A DNA stretch of 64,000 bases from an uncultured Trueperaceae bacterium (GTDB taxonomy: Bacteria; Deinococcota; Deinococci; Deinococcales; Trueperaceae). The translations under genes and the position numbers were made by a program. Where the stretch lies: positions 128,001-192,000 of the forward strand of contig CAWCXJ010000001.1 of NCBI GenBank assembly GCA_963799485.1. Direction: 5' to 3'. Shown one piece after another: positions 47,810 to 56,663 of the stretch (position 1 is its first letter; every line of letters starts with the position of its first letter). The notes beneath the pieces were generated by a model. The model had not been told where the DNA came from and did no database searches. It saw only the letters and a list, made by a program, of their open reading frames with translations.

Positions 47810-48625
47810 TTAGCGTCCGCGTGGGTCGCGCAAGTCCCTCAGTCCGTCTCCCAACAAACTCCACCCCAGCACCGTCAACACAATCGCCAACCCCGGTACC
47901 AGCACCGGATACGGGCTCAGCTGCAAAAACCCCTGCGCCTCACGGAGCATGTTGCCCCAGCTCGGCGTCCGGGGCGGCGTCCCGAGCCCCAAAAACGACA
48001 GCGCGGCCTCGGCAAGGACGGCAACGGCTAAACTGAGGCTCGCCTGTACGATAATAGGGGAGAGGGCGTTCGGCAGGATGTGCCGCCGTAAAAGTCGCCC
48101 TTGCGTAGAGCCTAACGCCCGCCCCGCCTCGACGAAATCGCGGTTTTTAAGTTCCATCACCGACGCCCGCAGGAGCCGCGCGAAAACCGGCGCGGTCGCA
48201 AGCCCGATAGCGCTCATCGCCGTAAACGTGCCGGGAGAATAGATGGCGGCGAAAAGGAGCGCCAGCAAAATCGGTGGGAAAGCGTAAAGCACATCGATCA
48301 GGCGCATAAGTACATCGTCGAACACGCCGCCGATAAACCCGGCGAGCGCCCCGACAAGGCAGCCGAGTGTCAGGGCGATACCGACCGCGACGAAACCGAC
48401 GAAGAGGGCACCCCTCGAGCCCACCAGGACTCTACTCAACAAGTCCCGCCCGAGCTGGTCAGTACCCAAAAGGTGCGCCGCAGACGGCCCCGAAAGCTGC
48501 GCCGTAAAGTCCATCGTGTTGGGGTCAACCGGCAGCCAGAAAAAACTCAGCACCGCCGAGACAACAACAAGACCGACCAATACCGCGCCGAGAAGAAGGT
48601 TAAAGGGCAAGCGGCGGCTAGTCAT
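47810..48625 (-). CDS. Peptide ABC permease (DppC-like)
   Basis: GTDQLGRD, EAALSFLGLG, LGDGLRD. Confidence 0.9.
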   Translation of the reverse strand: MTSRRLPFNLLLGAVLVGLVVVSAVLSFFWLPVDPNTMDFTAQLSGPSAAHLLGTDQLGRDLLSRVLVGSRGALFVGFVAVGIALTLGCLVGALAGFIGGVFDDVLMRLIDVLYAFPPILLALLFAAIYSPGTFTAMSAIGLATAPVFARLLRASVMELKNRDFVEAGRALGSTQGRLLRRHILPNALSPIIVQASLSLAVAVLAEAALSFLGLGTPPRTPSWGNMLREAQGFLQLSPYPVLVPGLAIVLTVLGWSLLGDGLRDLRDPRGR

Positions 48626-49562
48626 AACGAATGCGCGGGTCGAGCAGGCCGTAAGCCAAATCAACGAGAAAGCTCAAAAACACGATGAGGCTGGCGTAGA
48701 CCAAGACCTCGCCCTGAAGCAGCGGAAAATCCCGCGTGCCGATGGCGGTCAGCGCCAAACGCCCGAGCCCCGGCAGCGAAAAGACCTGTTCGATGACAAT
48801 CGCGCCGACCAGAACTTGTGAAAACGACAGGCCCAACACCGTCAAAATCGTGACGAGCGCGTTTCTCAGGCCGTGCTTGAGGACGACTTTACGCCCCGGC
48901 AAACCTTTGGCATGGGCCGTTCTGACGTAATCCTGAGCGAGGGCCTCCAACATCGCCGCGCGCGTCATCCGGGTAATCACGGCTGCTTGCCCAAGTCCGA
49001 GCGCGAGTGTTGGCAGAATCAGGCTGCGAAGTGTACCGAGCGGATTCTCATTCCACGGTACAAACCCGCCCGACGGGAGCCAGCCGAGCCGGACGCTAAA
49101 AAGCAAGATCAGCAGGAGTCCGAGCCAAAACGACGGCACCGCCGCCCCGAGTTGCGCCGCGCTCACCACCAGCGGGTCGAGCCAGCTGCCGCGCTTTAGC
49201 GCCGCCCAAATCCCGAGCGGTAGGGCAATCGCGCACGCAATCAGCATTCCTGCGAACGCAAGCGGCAGCGAAACCCAAAGACGTTCGGCAATTAGCCCCC
49301 GAACCGGCGTGCGGTAGTTGATGGAGACGCCGAAGTCACCCCGTAAAACGCCGCCGAACCAGCCCAGAAAACGTGTTACGGGGGGCTCGTTCAGACCGAG
49401 TTGTTGCCGGACGGCAGTAAGCGCCTGTGGACTCGGATTGAGCCCTAAAATGGCGGTCGCCGGGTCGCCGGGAATAGCCAGCAGCGCACAAAAGACCAGC
49501 ACCGCCGCTAAAAACACGCTGAGGCAGGCCAGTAAAAAACGGCGGAGGACAAAGGCCAGCAC
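48618..49562 (-). CDS. Peptide ABC permease (DppB-like)
   Basis: DYVRTAHAKGL, IEQVFSLPGLG, LDPRI. Confidence 0.9.
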   Translation of the reverse strand: MLAFVLRRFLLACLSVFLAAVLVFCALLAIPGDPATAILGLNPSPQALTAVRQQLGLNEPPVTRFLGWFGGVLRGDFGVSINYRTPVRGLIAERLWVSLPLAFAGMLIACAIALPLGIWAALKRGSWLDPLVVSAAQLGAAVPSFWLGLLLILLFSVRLGWLPSGGFVPWNENPLGTLRSLILPTLALGLGQAAVITRMTRAAMLEALAQDYVRTAHAKGLPGRKVVLKHGLRNALVTILTVLGLSFSQVLVGAIVIEQVFSLPGLGRLALTAIGTRDFPLLQGEVLVYASLIVFLSFLVDLAYGLLDPRIRYD

Positions 49563-49574
49563 GCGAACTGTGCG

Positions 49575-51053
49575 CTACTGCGCCAGGTACGCTTCGGTCA
49601 GGTCGATAGCGACGATAGGCTGGTCTTGCCAGTAGCCGTAAAGGTTGTTTCGCGCCGCGACCAGATACGGCGGCGAGAAAACCCAGACGTTTACGGCGTC
49701 TTCGGCAATGGTGCGCTCAACCTCTTTGTAGAGCGACATTTGCTCAGTCTCATCACTCGTCTGTTCGACTTGAGCGAGCAAATCCTGAACTTTGGGGCTG
49801 TTGTAATGAAAATAGTAGTCGGGGTTGCCGTAAATGCCGATGTCTCTAGGCTCCGAGTGTCCGATGATGGTCATGTCGTAGTCGCCTGCCGTAAAAATGC
49901 GCTCGAGCCAGGTCGTCCATTCGACGTTGGTCAGGTTGACGTTGATACCGACTTCGGAAAGCTGCTGCGCGATAACCTCACCGGTGCGTTTTTCAATCGG
50001 ATAGGGCGGCAGCTCAAAGTCGAGCGTCAAACCGTCGGCGTAACCCGCTTCGGCAAGTAACGCTTTGGCTTTTTCGGGGTCGTAAGGGTACGGGTTCAGG
50101 TCTTCGTAATAGGGTTCAATCGGGCTCGCGTGCGTGCCGATAACCGTGCCGTACCCGAACATCGCACCCTCGACGATGGTCTTCTTATCGATGGCGTGCG
50201 TGATGGCTTGCCGGACGAGCGGGTTGTCGAGCGGTTTACGGGTGTTGTTCAGCGCCAGCGTGATTTCGGTCGTTGCCGAGCCTTCGGTGACCTTGATGTT
50301 CGGGTCGCCCTGAAGCTGAATGGCATTTTCCGGGCTGAGCGCGACGCCCACCATATCTAGGTCTCCGGCTTGGAGCGCCGCGAGTTGTGCGTTGGTGTCT
50401 TCGATAATCCGGAACGTTACGGCGTCCAGATACGCGGGTGTGCCGTAGTAACCCTCGTATTTCTCGAGCCTCACCTCACTGCCGCGCACCCACTCGGCAA
50501 ACCGGAAGGGGCCGGTGCCGACGGGTTCACTCGCTTGGCTGTCGGTGGTTCCGGCCTGATAGATGACGGAATCCGGGCGGGCTAAGTTGTAGAGGAGGCT
50601 CGAGTTCGGTTTACTCAGCGTCAGCACGACCGTATTGCCCTCGGCCCTGACATCTTCAATCGCTTCGTAATACTCGGGGTGCGTATGCCCGGATTCGGGG
50701 TCGGCGGCGCGTTTCAGAGCAGCCACCACGTCCGCCGGGGTCAGCGGGTCGCCGTTATGGAACGTCACACCTTCTTGCAGCGTAAACGTCCAGGTCAGGC
50801 CGTCGTCCGAAGTTTCCCAAGACGACGCGAGCGCCGGCACGATGTCGCCGTTGCGGTCGATGCGGACAAGTCCCTCAAAAACGTTGTGATACATCACGCG
50901 GGCAATTTCCTGCGAAGTCGAAACCGTCGGGTCCCAGCCGGGGGGTTCAGCGACGATTGAGACGGTGATGCTGCCGCCGGGTTGCGGTTCGGGTTGCGCG
51001 AAGCTCGCACTCCAGCCGAGCAGTAAGAGCGTCACTAAGATAAGCCTTTTCAT
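49575..51053 (-). CDS. Peptide ABC substrate-binding protein (family 5)
   Basis: Signal peptide; VFEGLV, PALASSW, VTFHNG, PVGTGPF; SD AAGGAGG. Confidence 0.92.
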   Translation of the reverse strand: MKRLILVTLLLLGWSASFAQPEPQPGGSITVSIVAEPPGWDPTVSTSQEIARVMYHNVFEGLVRIDRNGDIVPALASSWETSDDGLTWTFTLQEGVTFHNGDPLTPADVVAALKRAADPESGHTHPEYYEAIEDVRAEGNTVVLTLSKPNSSLLYNLARPDSVIYQAGTTDSQASEPVGTGPFRFAEWVRGSEVRLEKYEGYYGTPAYLDAVTFRIIEDTNAQLAALQAGDLDMVGVALSPENAIQLQGDPNIKVTEGSATTEITLALNNTRKPLDNPLVRQAITHAIDKKTIVEGAMFGYGTVIGTHASPIEPYYEDLNPYPYDPEKAKALLAEAGYADGLTLDFELPPYPIEKRTGEVIAQQLSEVGINVNLTNVEWTTWLERIFTAGDYDMTIIGHSEPRDIGIYGNPDYYFHYNSPKVQDLLAQVEQTSDETEQMSLYKEVERTIAEDAVNVWVFSPPYLVAARNNLYGYWQDQPIVAIDLTEAYLAQ

Positions 51054-51124
51054 GTCGTCCTCCTTAAAGGTCGCCGTAAAACGTTCGTCTGCTAAAAGTG
51101 TAACGTGTCTGCGCCTAAAGCGGA

Positions 51125-52345
51125 CTATTCGCCGCTGAAAAAGTAGATTGCGGCGGCGGCGTAAAGTCTCGCAGCCTTGACAATACCTTCAACCTCGACG
51201 TATTCATCGCGTTGATGCGGCACCTCACGCGCCCCCGGCCCGACCGTGACAATGGGAATACCGGCCCACGCCGACAAAAAGGTGCCGTCGGTCGCCCCCG
51301 GCACGCCGCCGTAACGCGGTTCGGTTCTCAAAACCTGCGGATAGCTGCGCTCGAGCGCCCGCACGAGCGGGTCGTCCGGCGCGGTCTGCGTCCAGGGTCG
51401 GTCTTCTAACAGCGTCAGTGAAAGTTCGGTTTTGCCTCTAGACGCCTCAGCCAAACCCTCCAGCTCCGCCCAAAGTCCCCCATGGTCTTGCCCCGGTACG
51501 GTGCGGATGTCGAGCGCAGCATAGGCGGTTTCGGGTATCACGTTGAGCTGCGCTTCACCCCGCGCGGGTGCCCGTAAAATGGTCGGCGTCAACCAGGGGA
51601 GCCCCAGATATTCGTGCGTTCCTAAACGTGCCTGTTCAGAAGCTTCCAGCTCTTTCACTCGCGCTAAAAAGTCCAGCAGCGGCGAAATCGGGTTGACCCC
51701 GGCGTAAGGCATCGCGCCATGAGACATCTTGCCGGTGCTTAAAACCTCCACCCGCAAGGCACCTTTTTGACAGAGGCAGAGCTCGAGGTCTTCCGGTTCA
51801 CAGATGATGGCCCCGTTTACGGCGTCGGCCCAGCCCTGCCGGACGAAGTGCTTGACGCCCAGCATCATCCCCTCTTCGTCGGCGACGATACCCAGCCGAA
51901 TCCGCCCCGGCAGGTCGGGGACTGCTTGTTTTACGGCCTCTGCCGCAACGATAGCGGCGGCAACGCCCGCTTTCATATCGCACGCGCCGCGCCCGTAGAT
52001 GCGCCCGTCTACCAGCGCAGCGGCAAAAGGCGGATGTGTCCAGCGTTCAGGGTCGCCCTCGGTCACGACGTCGGTGTGACCCTCGAGCATCAGCGTTTTA
52101 TGCTTTGTCTCATCGAAGCCTGACCCGCTCCAGTCGGCAATAACATTCGGGCGACCGGGTGCAGCTTCTTCTACCGTGACGTGAAAGTCGCTTTCGCGTA
52201 AAGTGTCGGCGACGAAGTGCGCGGCCTCGGTTTCGTTGCTCCCCGGTTCAAACACACTGCGAATTTGTACGAGTTTGCGGGTCAGCGTTACGGCGCGTTC
52301 ACCGTTTACGGCGTCGGCGGCACGGGCGGCAAGCGCCTCTCTCAT
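51125..52345 (-). CDS. M20 family metallopeptidase/deacylase (ArgE/DapE-like)
   Basis: EGHTDVV, GRGACDMKAG, DEE, CEP, HGAMP, PHQRDE; ATG 52345 overlaps the SDR stop. Confidence 0.9.
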   Translation of the reverse strand: MREALAARAADAVNGERAVTLTRKLVQIRSVFEPGSNETEAAHFVADTLRESDFHVTVEEAAPGRPNVIADWSGSGFDETKHKTLMLEGHTDVVTEGDPERWTHPPFAAALVDGRIYGRGACDMKAGVAAAIVAAEAVKQAVPDLPGRIRLGIVADEEGMMLGVKHFVRQGWADAVNGAIICEPEDLELCLCQKGALRVEVLSTGKMSHGAMPYAGVNPISPLLDFLARVKELEASEQARLGTHEYLGLPWLTPTILRAPARGEAQLNVIPETAYAALDIRTVPGQDHGGLWAELEGLAEASRGKTELSLTLLEDRPWTQTAPDDPLVRALERSYPQVLRTEPRYGGVPGATDGTFLSAWAGIPIVTVGPGAREVPHQRDEYVEVEGIVKAARLYAAAAIYFFSGE

Positions 52346-53106
52346 AATGGCGGCGTAAAACGCCCGTCCTGCGCCGTCCAACCGCCGTCCACCACGAGCA
52401 GCGTCCCGGTCACATACGAGGCCGCGTCGCTCGCCAAAAACACGGCGGCCCCGACCATTTCGCCGGGCGTGGCCCAGCGCCCGAGTGCGCCCTTTTCGGC
52501 GTAAGCTTTGTACCATTCCGGATTGGCCTTGATGGGCGCGGTCAGCGGGGTTTCAACGACGCCCGGTGCAATCGCGTTCGCCCGCACACCCTGCGGCCCC
52601 AACTCGGCGGCGAGCGTCTTGACGAGTTGCAAGGTTCCGGCTTTGGTTGCCGCGTAAACGCCCTGCCCCGGTTCGACGACCTGCGCGCGAATCGATGAAA
52701 ACAGCACGATGCTCCCGCGTCCCTGCGCCGCCAGCCGCCGTCCGGCTGCCTGAAGCGCGAAAAAACTCCCTTTGAGGTTCAGGTTCACGACCCGCTCAAA
52801 CTCGGCTTCGGTATAATCCAGCAGCGGTTTACGGACATTGATTGAAGGTGTCGAAATCAAAATATCGAGTGCATTTAGGCCACCGATGACCTGTTCAACG
52901 TCGCCCGCGTCGGTGATGTCGAGTTTGACAGCTGAACCTATGCCCTCGGCGACGCGCTCGGCAGCCTCGAGATTGACATCGGCACAGGTAACGGCCCCGC
53001 CGAACGCCGCGAGTCCCTGCGCGACCGCCTCACCGATGCCCGACCCTGCGCCGATAACGAGCGCGTGTTTGCCGGTGAGGTCGAAAAGCTCTCTGTAGTC
53101 GTTCAT
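52342..53106 (-). CDS. SDR family oxidoreductase
   Basis: GAGSGIG, YAATK, VRANAIAPG, VDGG. Confidence 0.92.
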   Translation of the reverse strand: MNDYRELFDLTGKHALVIGAGSGIGEAVAQGLAAFGGAVTCADVNLEAAERVAEGIGSAVKLDITDAGDVEQVIGGLNALDILISTPSINVRKPLLDYTEAEFERVVNLNLKGSFFALQAAGRRLAAQGRGSIVLFSSIRAQVVEPGQGVYAATKAGTLQLVKTLAAELGPQGVRANAIAPGVVETPLTAPIKANPEWYKAYAEKGALGRWATPGEMVGAAVFLASDAASYVTGTLLVVDGGWTAQDGRFTPPL

Positions 53107-53219
53107 GTCCGGTTGTATCAGGTGAGTCTACCGCTACGCAAGCTCGAGCCCCCGCGAATACTCGAGCAGACCGCCAAATATCACCTCGACCTGTGCGACA
53201 CTCTTCTGAGGAGGTCAGG

Positions 53220-53453
53220 GTGCATCAAAGGATGTGGCTGGTGTTCGCGCCGCTTGGACTTGCGCTGATTGGTTTCGGGGCCAGCGTTATCGGCTACGCG
53301 GTTGAACTACGCACGCTGGACGCGGACTTTTGGACGTGGTTCTGGTGGGGCACGGCGGGCCTCGTTATTTTGAACAGCGGGGTCGCGTGTTTTGGCGAAG
53401 CGGTCAAGCGCCGGGTGCTTTACGAGTTGGAGAAAACAGGGAGCACCGAGTAA
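53220..53453 (+). CDS. Small hypothetical membrane protein
   Basis: Two hydrophobic helices, WFWWGTAGLVILNSG..FGEAVKRR; SD GAGGAGG. Confidence 0.7.
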   Translation: MHQRMWLVFAPLGLALIGFGASVIGYAVELRTLDADFWTWFWWGTAGLVILNSGVACFGEAVKRRVLYELEKTGSTE

Positions 53454-53454
53454 A

Positions 53455-53484
53455 AGGGGCTCGAGTAAAACTACTCGAGCCCCC
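53455..53484. terminator. Bidirectional hairpin terminator built on two CTCGAG sites
   Basis: AGGGGCTCGAGTA-AAAC-TACTCGAGCCCCT between convergent genes. Confidence 0.75.
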
Positions 53485-53498
53485 TCATGTTTCGGTCT

Positions 53499-54617
53499 TT
53501 AACGGTGCCGTAAATTGCCGAGGGCGGTGACGGTGCCCAGCGACTTGATGAGTTCCTCGAGCGTCGTGCTGCTACCATCGGCAAAACGAACCGTTACGGC
53601 TTCACCCGGAATCCCGTTGCCGTTGGCGTCTGAAAGCTTACCGGAAAAGGTGACGGCGTTGTCTTTATCATCGTTGACGACCACCGAACCGCTCAGGTCG
53701 GGTTCGGTAATGCCGGAAAATTTCAGATTGAACGCGACGCTGTTCGTGTCGCCCGCAAACCCGCTCAAGCTTACAGACACCGCGCCGTCTTCGGGGACGA
53801 AGCTCTCGGTCAAGCAGTCCTGCCGGGTCAGCTCGCCGTTGACGGCGACGTTCCACTCGAGCGCGATTCCTTCATCGACTACCGTGACCTGGCCCTGCGT
53901 CGTTACCGAATCGCCCGCATCCGATTCACTGACCTCATAGCCGACGTTCCCCAGGTTTAAGAGGCTGCCCGTGCCGTTGACTGTAAGTGAGGTGGGCTCG
54001 AGGACGGCTTCCCCGCAACCCGCGTAATAGGTCGCCGCAACGTCCACATCGGCGGCGCTCTGTCCGTTTGCCACCAAACTCAGGTTGAGGCCGGTCGGGA
54101 CTTCGACAGCCTCACCGTAAACGTCGGCGCGGATGGTCGGGCTGAGGGCGTTCCAGTCGAAAGTGGCGGTTGCCGTTGCCGTGTCCGGTGCAGACGTTTC
54201 GGGGTCGGCGTCGTAGGGCCAGGTCAAGCTGAGGTCGTCCGCATCGCTGAGGCGTACCCACGCGTCGCCACCGTCCGAACGCGTATAGCTGTAGTTGCCC
54301 CGCGGCAGGTCGTTTACGGCGAGTGCGCTAAACAGTCGGTTCGCCGAACGGCGCGGCGCGGCGCTCACACCGTAACCGAAAAACGGATTGGTCATCAGAC
54401 TGTTTTGCGGAAACCCCTGCAGGGCGATAACGCCCGCGTCTTTAGCGGCGCGCCCCAGCACCGCCATGAGCTGTTCGGAGAGGTTGCTGGCGGTTGCGGT
54501 TACGTCTTGCTGATTGAGTGGACCGCTGGCGGTAGGAGGCGCAGCGATAGGCGCGGTGCAGGCGCTGAGGAGCACGGCGGTGAAGGCGGCGAGTGCGAGG
54601 CAGCGGGGGTATCTCAT
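53499..54617 (-). CDS. Hypothetical beta-rich lipoprotein
   Basis: Lipobox LSAC, SD AGGAG, acidic beta-strand-rich body, DANGNG motif. Confidence 0.75.
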   Translation of the reverse strand: MRYPRCLALAAFTAVLLSACTAPIAAPPTASGPLNQQDVTATASNLSEQLMAVLGRAAKDAGVIALQGFPQNSLMTNPFFGYGVSAAPRRSANRLFSALAVNDLPRGNYSYTRSDGGDAWVRLSDADDLSLTWPYDADPETSAPDTATATATFDWNALSPTIRADVYGEAVEVPTGLNLSLVANGQSAADVDVAATYYAGCGEAVLEPTSLTVNGTGSLLNLGNVGYEVSESDAGDSVTTQGQVTVVDEGIALEWNVAVNGELTRQDCLTESFVPEDGAVSVSLSGFAGDTNSVAFNLKFSGITEPDLSGSVVVNDDKDNAVTFSGKLSDANGNGIPGEAVTVRFADGSSTTLEELIKSLGTVTALGNLRHR

Positions 54618-54982
54618 CGTTTCTCCTAGTGGTTTTCTATGCGACTCCGGTTGAATCCGGACAGGTCAACGGGTAGCCGAGTACATGAATGACAAACGTA
54701 ACTATAGAGGATTTTACGTGACGCCGTGTTAAAAACTGGCGATTGATGAAGGATTTCTAAATATCCGCTGAAAAGCAGTGTGCTGCTACCTTGGACGAAA
54801 GTTCCGGTGATGCGTTCGGCGCGTACGGGCCTACCGGGTTGTCTTTCAGGTCTCGCGTTGGTTGTCAGGAGTCTACAAGCTGTGGATTCGGTAGTTTTGC
54901 GTTGCCGCTGCCGGCTCGCTAAAGCGCTTATACAGCCGTCAAACCCAGCGTACCGAGGCTCGAGCCGAACGATTAAAACAAG

Positions 54983-55006
54983 AAAAAAGCTGCCCGGGGG
55001 CAGCTT
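54983..55006 (-). terminator. Intrinsic terminator of the OMP gene
   Basis: AAGCTGCC-CGGG-GGCAGCTT with a T-tract on the minus strand. Confidence 0.7.
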
Positions 55007-55026
55007 GGCGGAGAAACGAGAGGCGT

Positions 55027-55554
55027 CTAGAGGTGAAAATTGACCCCCAATTTGGCACGAAACGAACCTTTGAGATCGGTGAAGTCTTTGCGAACCACCG
55101 CACCCGGCTGAATTTCGCCAAAGATACCGAAACGTCCCAGCATAGCTTCAGCGCCGACGACTGCGTGTAACCCGTAGCGGTAAGCAGCATTGAGCCTGCT
55201 CGCATTCTTGCCGTAGTAGCCGTCGACGCCGGCCCCTAAGTAGAGCGAATTGTTCGTCGGTGCGCCGACGATAGCGTCTCCGCCTGCGGTCAGCCGGTCG
55301 ACATTCAAGAAGAAGTTGGTAAACGCGTCCAGGCTCGCCATGTTGGGTTGCAAGTTATTCAGATTACCCTCGGCGCTCACGCGCACCTCGAACTCGGGGG
55401 TTAAATTGACACCTAGTTGCGCGCCCAGCTTCCAGTTGGTGTTCTTGTTTACGATAGGGGTTCCTGTCGTCAACCCAAGGTAAACGGTTTGGGCAAAGGC
55501 GCTCGGGAGGGCTAGGGCGAACAAGGTCAGTAAGACTTTCGTAAAGGTGTTCAT
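55027..55554 (-). CDS. Small outer-membrane beta-barrel protein (paralog of 15256-15759)
   Basis: Signal peptide ending AFA-Q; LGAQLG, RVSAEGN, LYLGAG, GRFGIFGE, LGVNFHL. Confidence 0.75.
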   Translation of the reverse strand: MNTFTKVLLTLFALALPSAFAQTVYLGLTTGTPIVNKNTNWKLGAQLGVNLTPEFEVRVSAEGNLNNLQPNMASLDAFTNFFLNVDRLTAGGDAIVGAPTNNSLYLGAGVDGYYGKNASRLNAAYRYGLHAVVGAEAMLGRFGIFGEIQPGAVVRKDFTDLKGSFRAKLGVNFHL

Positions 55555-55729
55555 AGGCGTGAGTGTAGTCGGCTAGCCTTAAGAAAAGCTTAAGGAACTT
55601 CTCAAGCGGCCTGTCTGTGAGGGTTTGACCCGGGTATCAGCTTGGAACATACGCTCTAGTCGGCATCCGAATCGGCAAAACCAAAGCCGCGATTTACGCG
55701 GTCGTCTCCGCGCGCTGTGGTGCTAGCCA

Positions 55730-56008
55730 TTACGACCGCGAGCCTGAACGCCGTAAACCGTTCGCCCTCAGCCGGCACCTTGAAGCAGCTGCTTTAGCTG
55801 CCGAATCGCCGCCGGTTTGAACCAAACCGGGCGTCCAAAGTACGTTCTGGTCGAGCCAAAACAGATAGCCAAGCTCACCTCGCCCGACCCAAGCAGCGCA
55901 GTAGGACGGGTAGCCGAGAAACTGCGCCACCTGACCCGTGGGCGAGGTCCGCCGACCCCTCAGCTGAACCTCAAAGCGACCCAGCAGGTACGCGTGTTGC
56001 TGTGCCAC
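55730..56008 (-). pseudogene. Remnant of a SARP/BTAD-type activator N-terminal winged-helix
   Basis: TACAAT 6 nt before GTG 56008; YLLGRFEVQLRG...WVGRGELGYLFWLD resembles LLG.F.V....V.R.EL..LFW.D; RQLKQLL follows out of frame; truncated. Confidence 0.5.
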
Positions 56009-56187
56009 AAGCGCATTGTAGCGCTCTAAAGCCGTAGCGGATATGGCTGCAGCGAAAACGTATCTCATTCCTGCCGGCATCACCCTGCTATATAACCCCG
56101 GTATCATCTTCAAAAGCACGTACCGGTGTACGAAGTTCTGCAGAGCAACGCCATTTTACGGCGTGAGCTTGGTTCAAACCGGCTGCC

Positions 56188-56211
56188 TGCTATAGTGTAT
56201 AAATATGCCGA
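56188..56211 (+). promoter_or_regulatory. argR extended -10 promoter with overlapping ARG-box-like operator
   Basis: TGcTATAGT at 56188-56196; TGTATAAATATGCC resembles the ARG consensus TGMATAWWWATKCA and spans the ATG. Confidence 0.6.
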
Positions 56212-56663
56212 GTAAAGAGTATAGACAGAGGCTTATCGAAGAGCTGGTCGAGAGCGAATTTATCTCGACGCAATCCGAGTTGGCCGAGCATCTGGCTGCC
56301 AAAGGTATCCGGGTGACGCAAGCGACTATCAGCCGCGACGTCAACGAACTCCGGCTGGTGCGGCTGCCGGCCGGAGACGGTCAGCACCGCTACCGCTCGA
56401 CGCCTTTGGCGGCGCAAGAAGACGTAATGGGTGAGCTGAAGCAGCGGTTTCGGCTGTTCGTCCGGGACATCGACCGGGGTGAAAATATTCTGGTTGTCAA
56501 CACCGACGAAGGGCACGCGACGGGGATCGCCTACGTCATCGACAAGCTCGAGCGCGACGAAATCGTCGGCAGTCTGGCGGGTCAAAACACGATTATGATC
56601 GTCACGCGCAGCAGCGACGACGCGGAGACGATGCTAGACGAGCTTGAAGGGTTGCTCGAGTGA
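56205..56663 (+). CDS. argR: Arginine repressor
   Basis: TQSEL, VTQATISRD, IVGSLAGQNTI. Confidence 0.93.
   Translation: MPSKEYRQRLIEELVESEFISTQSELAEHLAAKGIRVTQATISRDVNELRLVRLPAGDGQHRYRSTPLAAQEDVMGELKQRFRLFVRDIDRGENILVVNTDEGHATGIAYVIDKLERDEIVGSLAGQNTIMIVTRSSDDAETMLDELEGLLE

Noticed and set aside
54743..54790. Hammerhead-like string TTGATGA...GAAA with flanking stems
   Set aside because: The core is not CUGANGA, stem II does not abut GAAA, and there is no correctly placed UH cleavage site or stem I.
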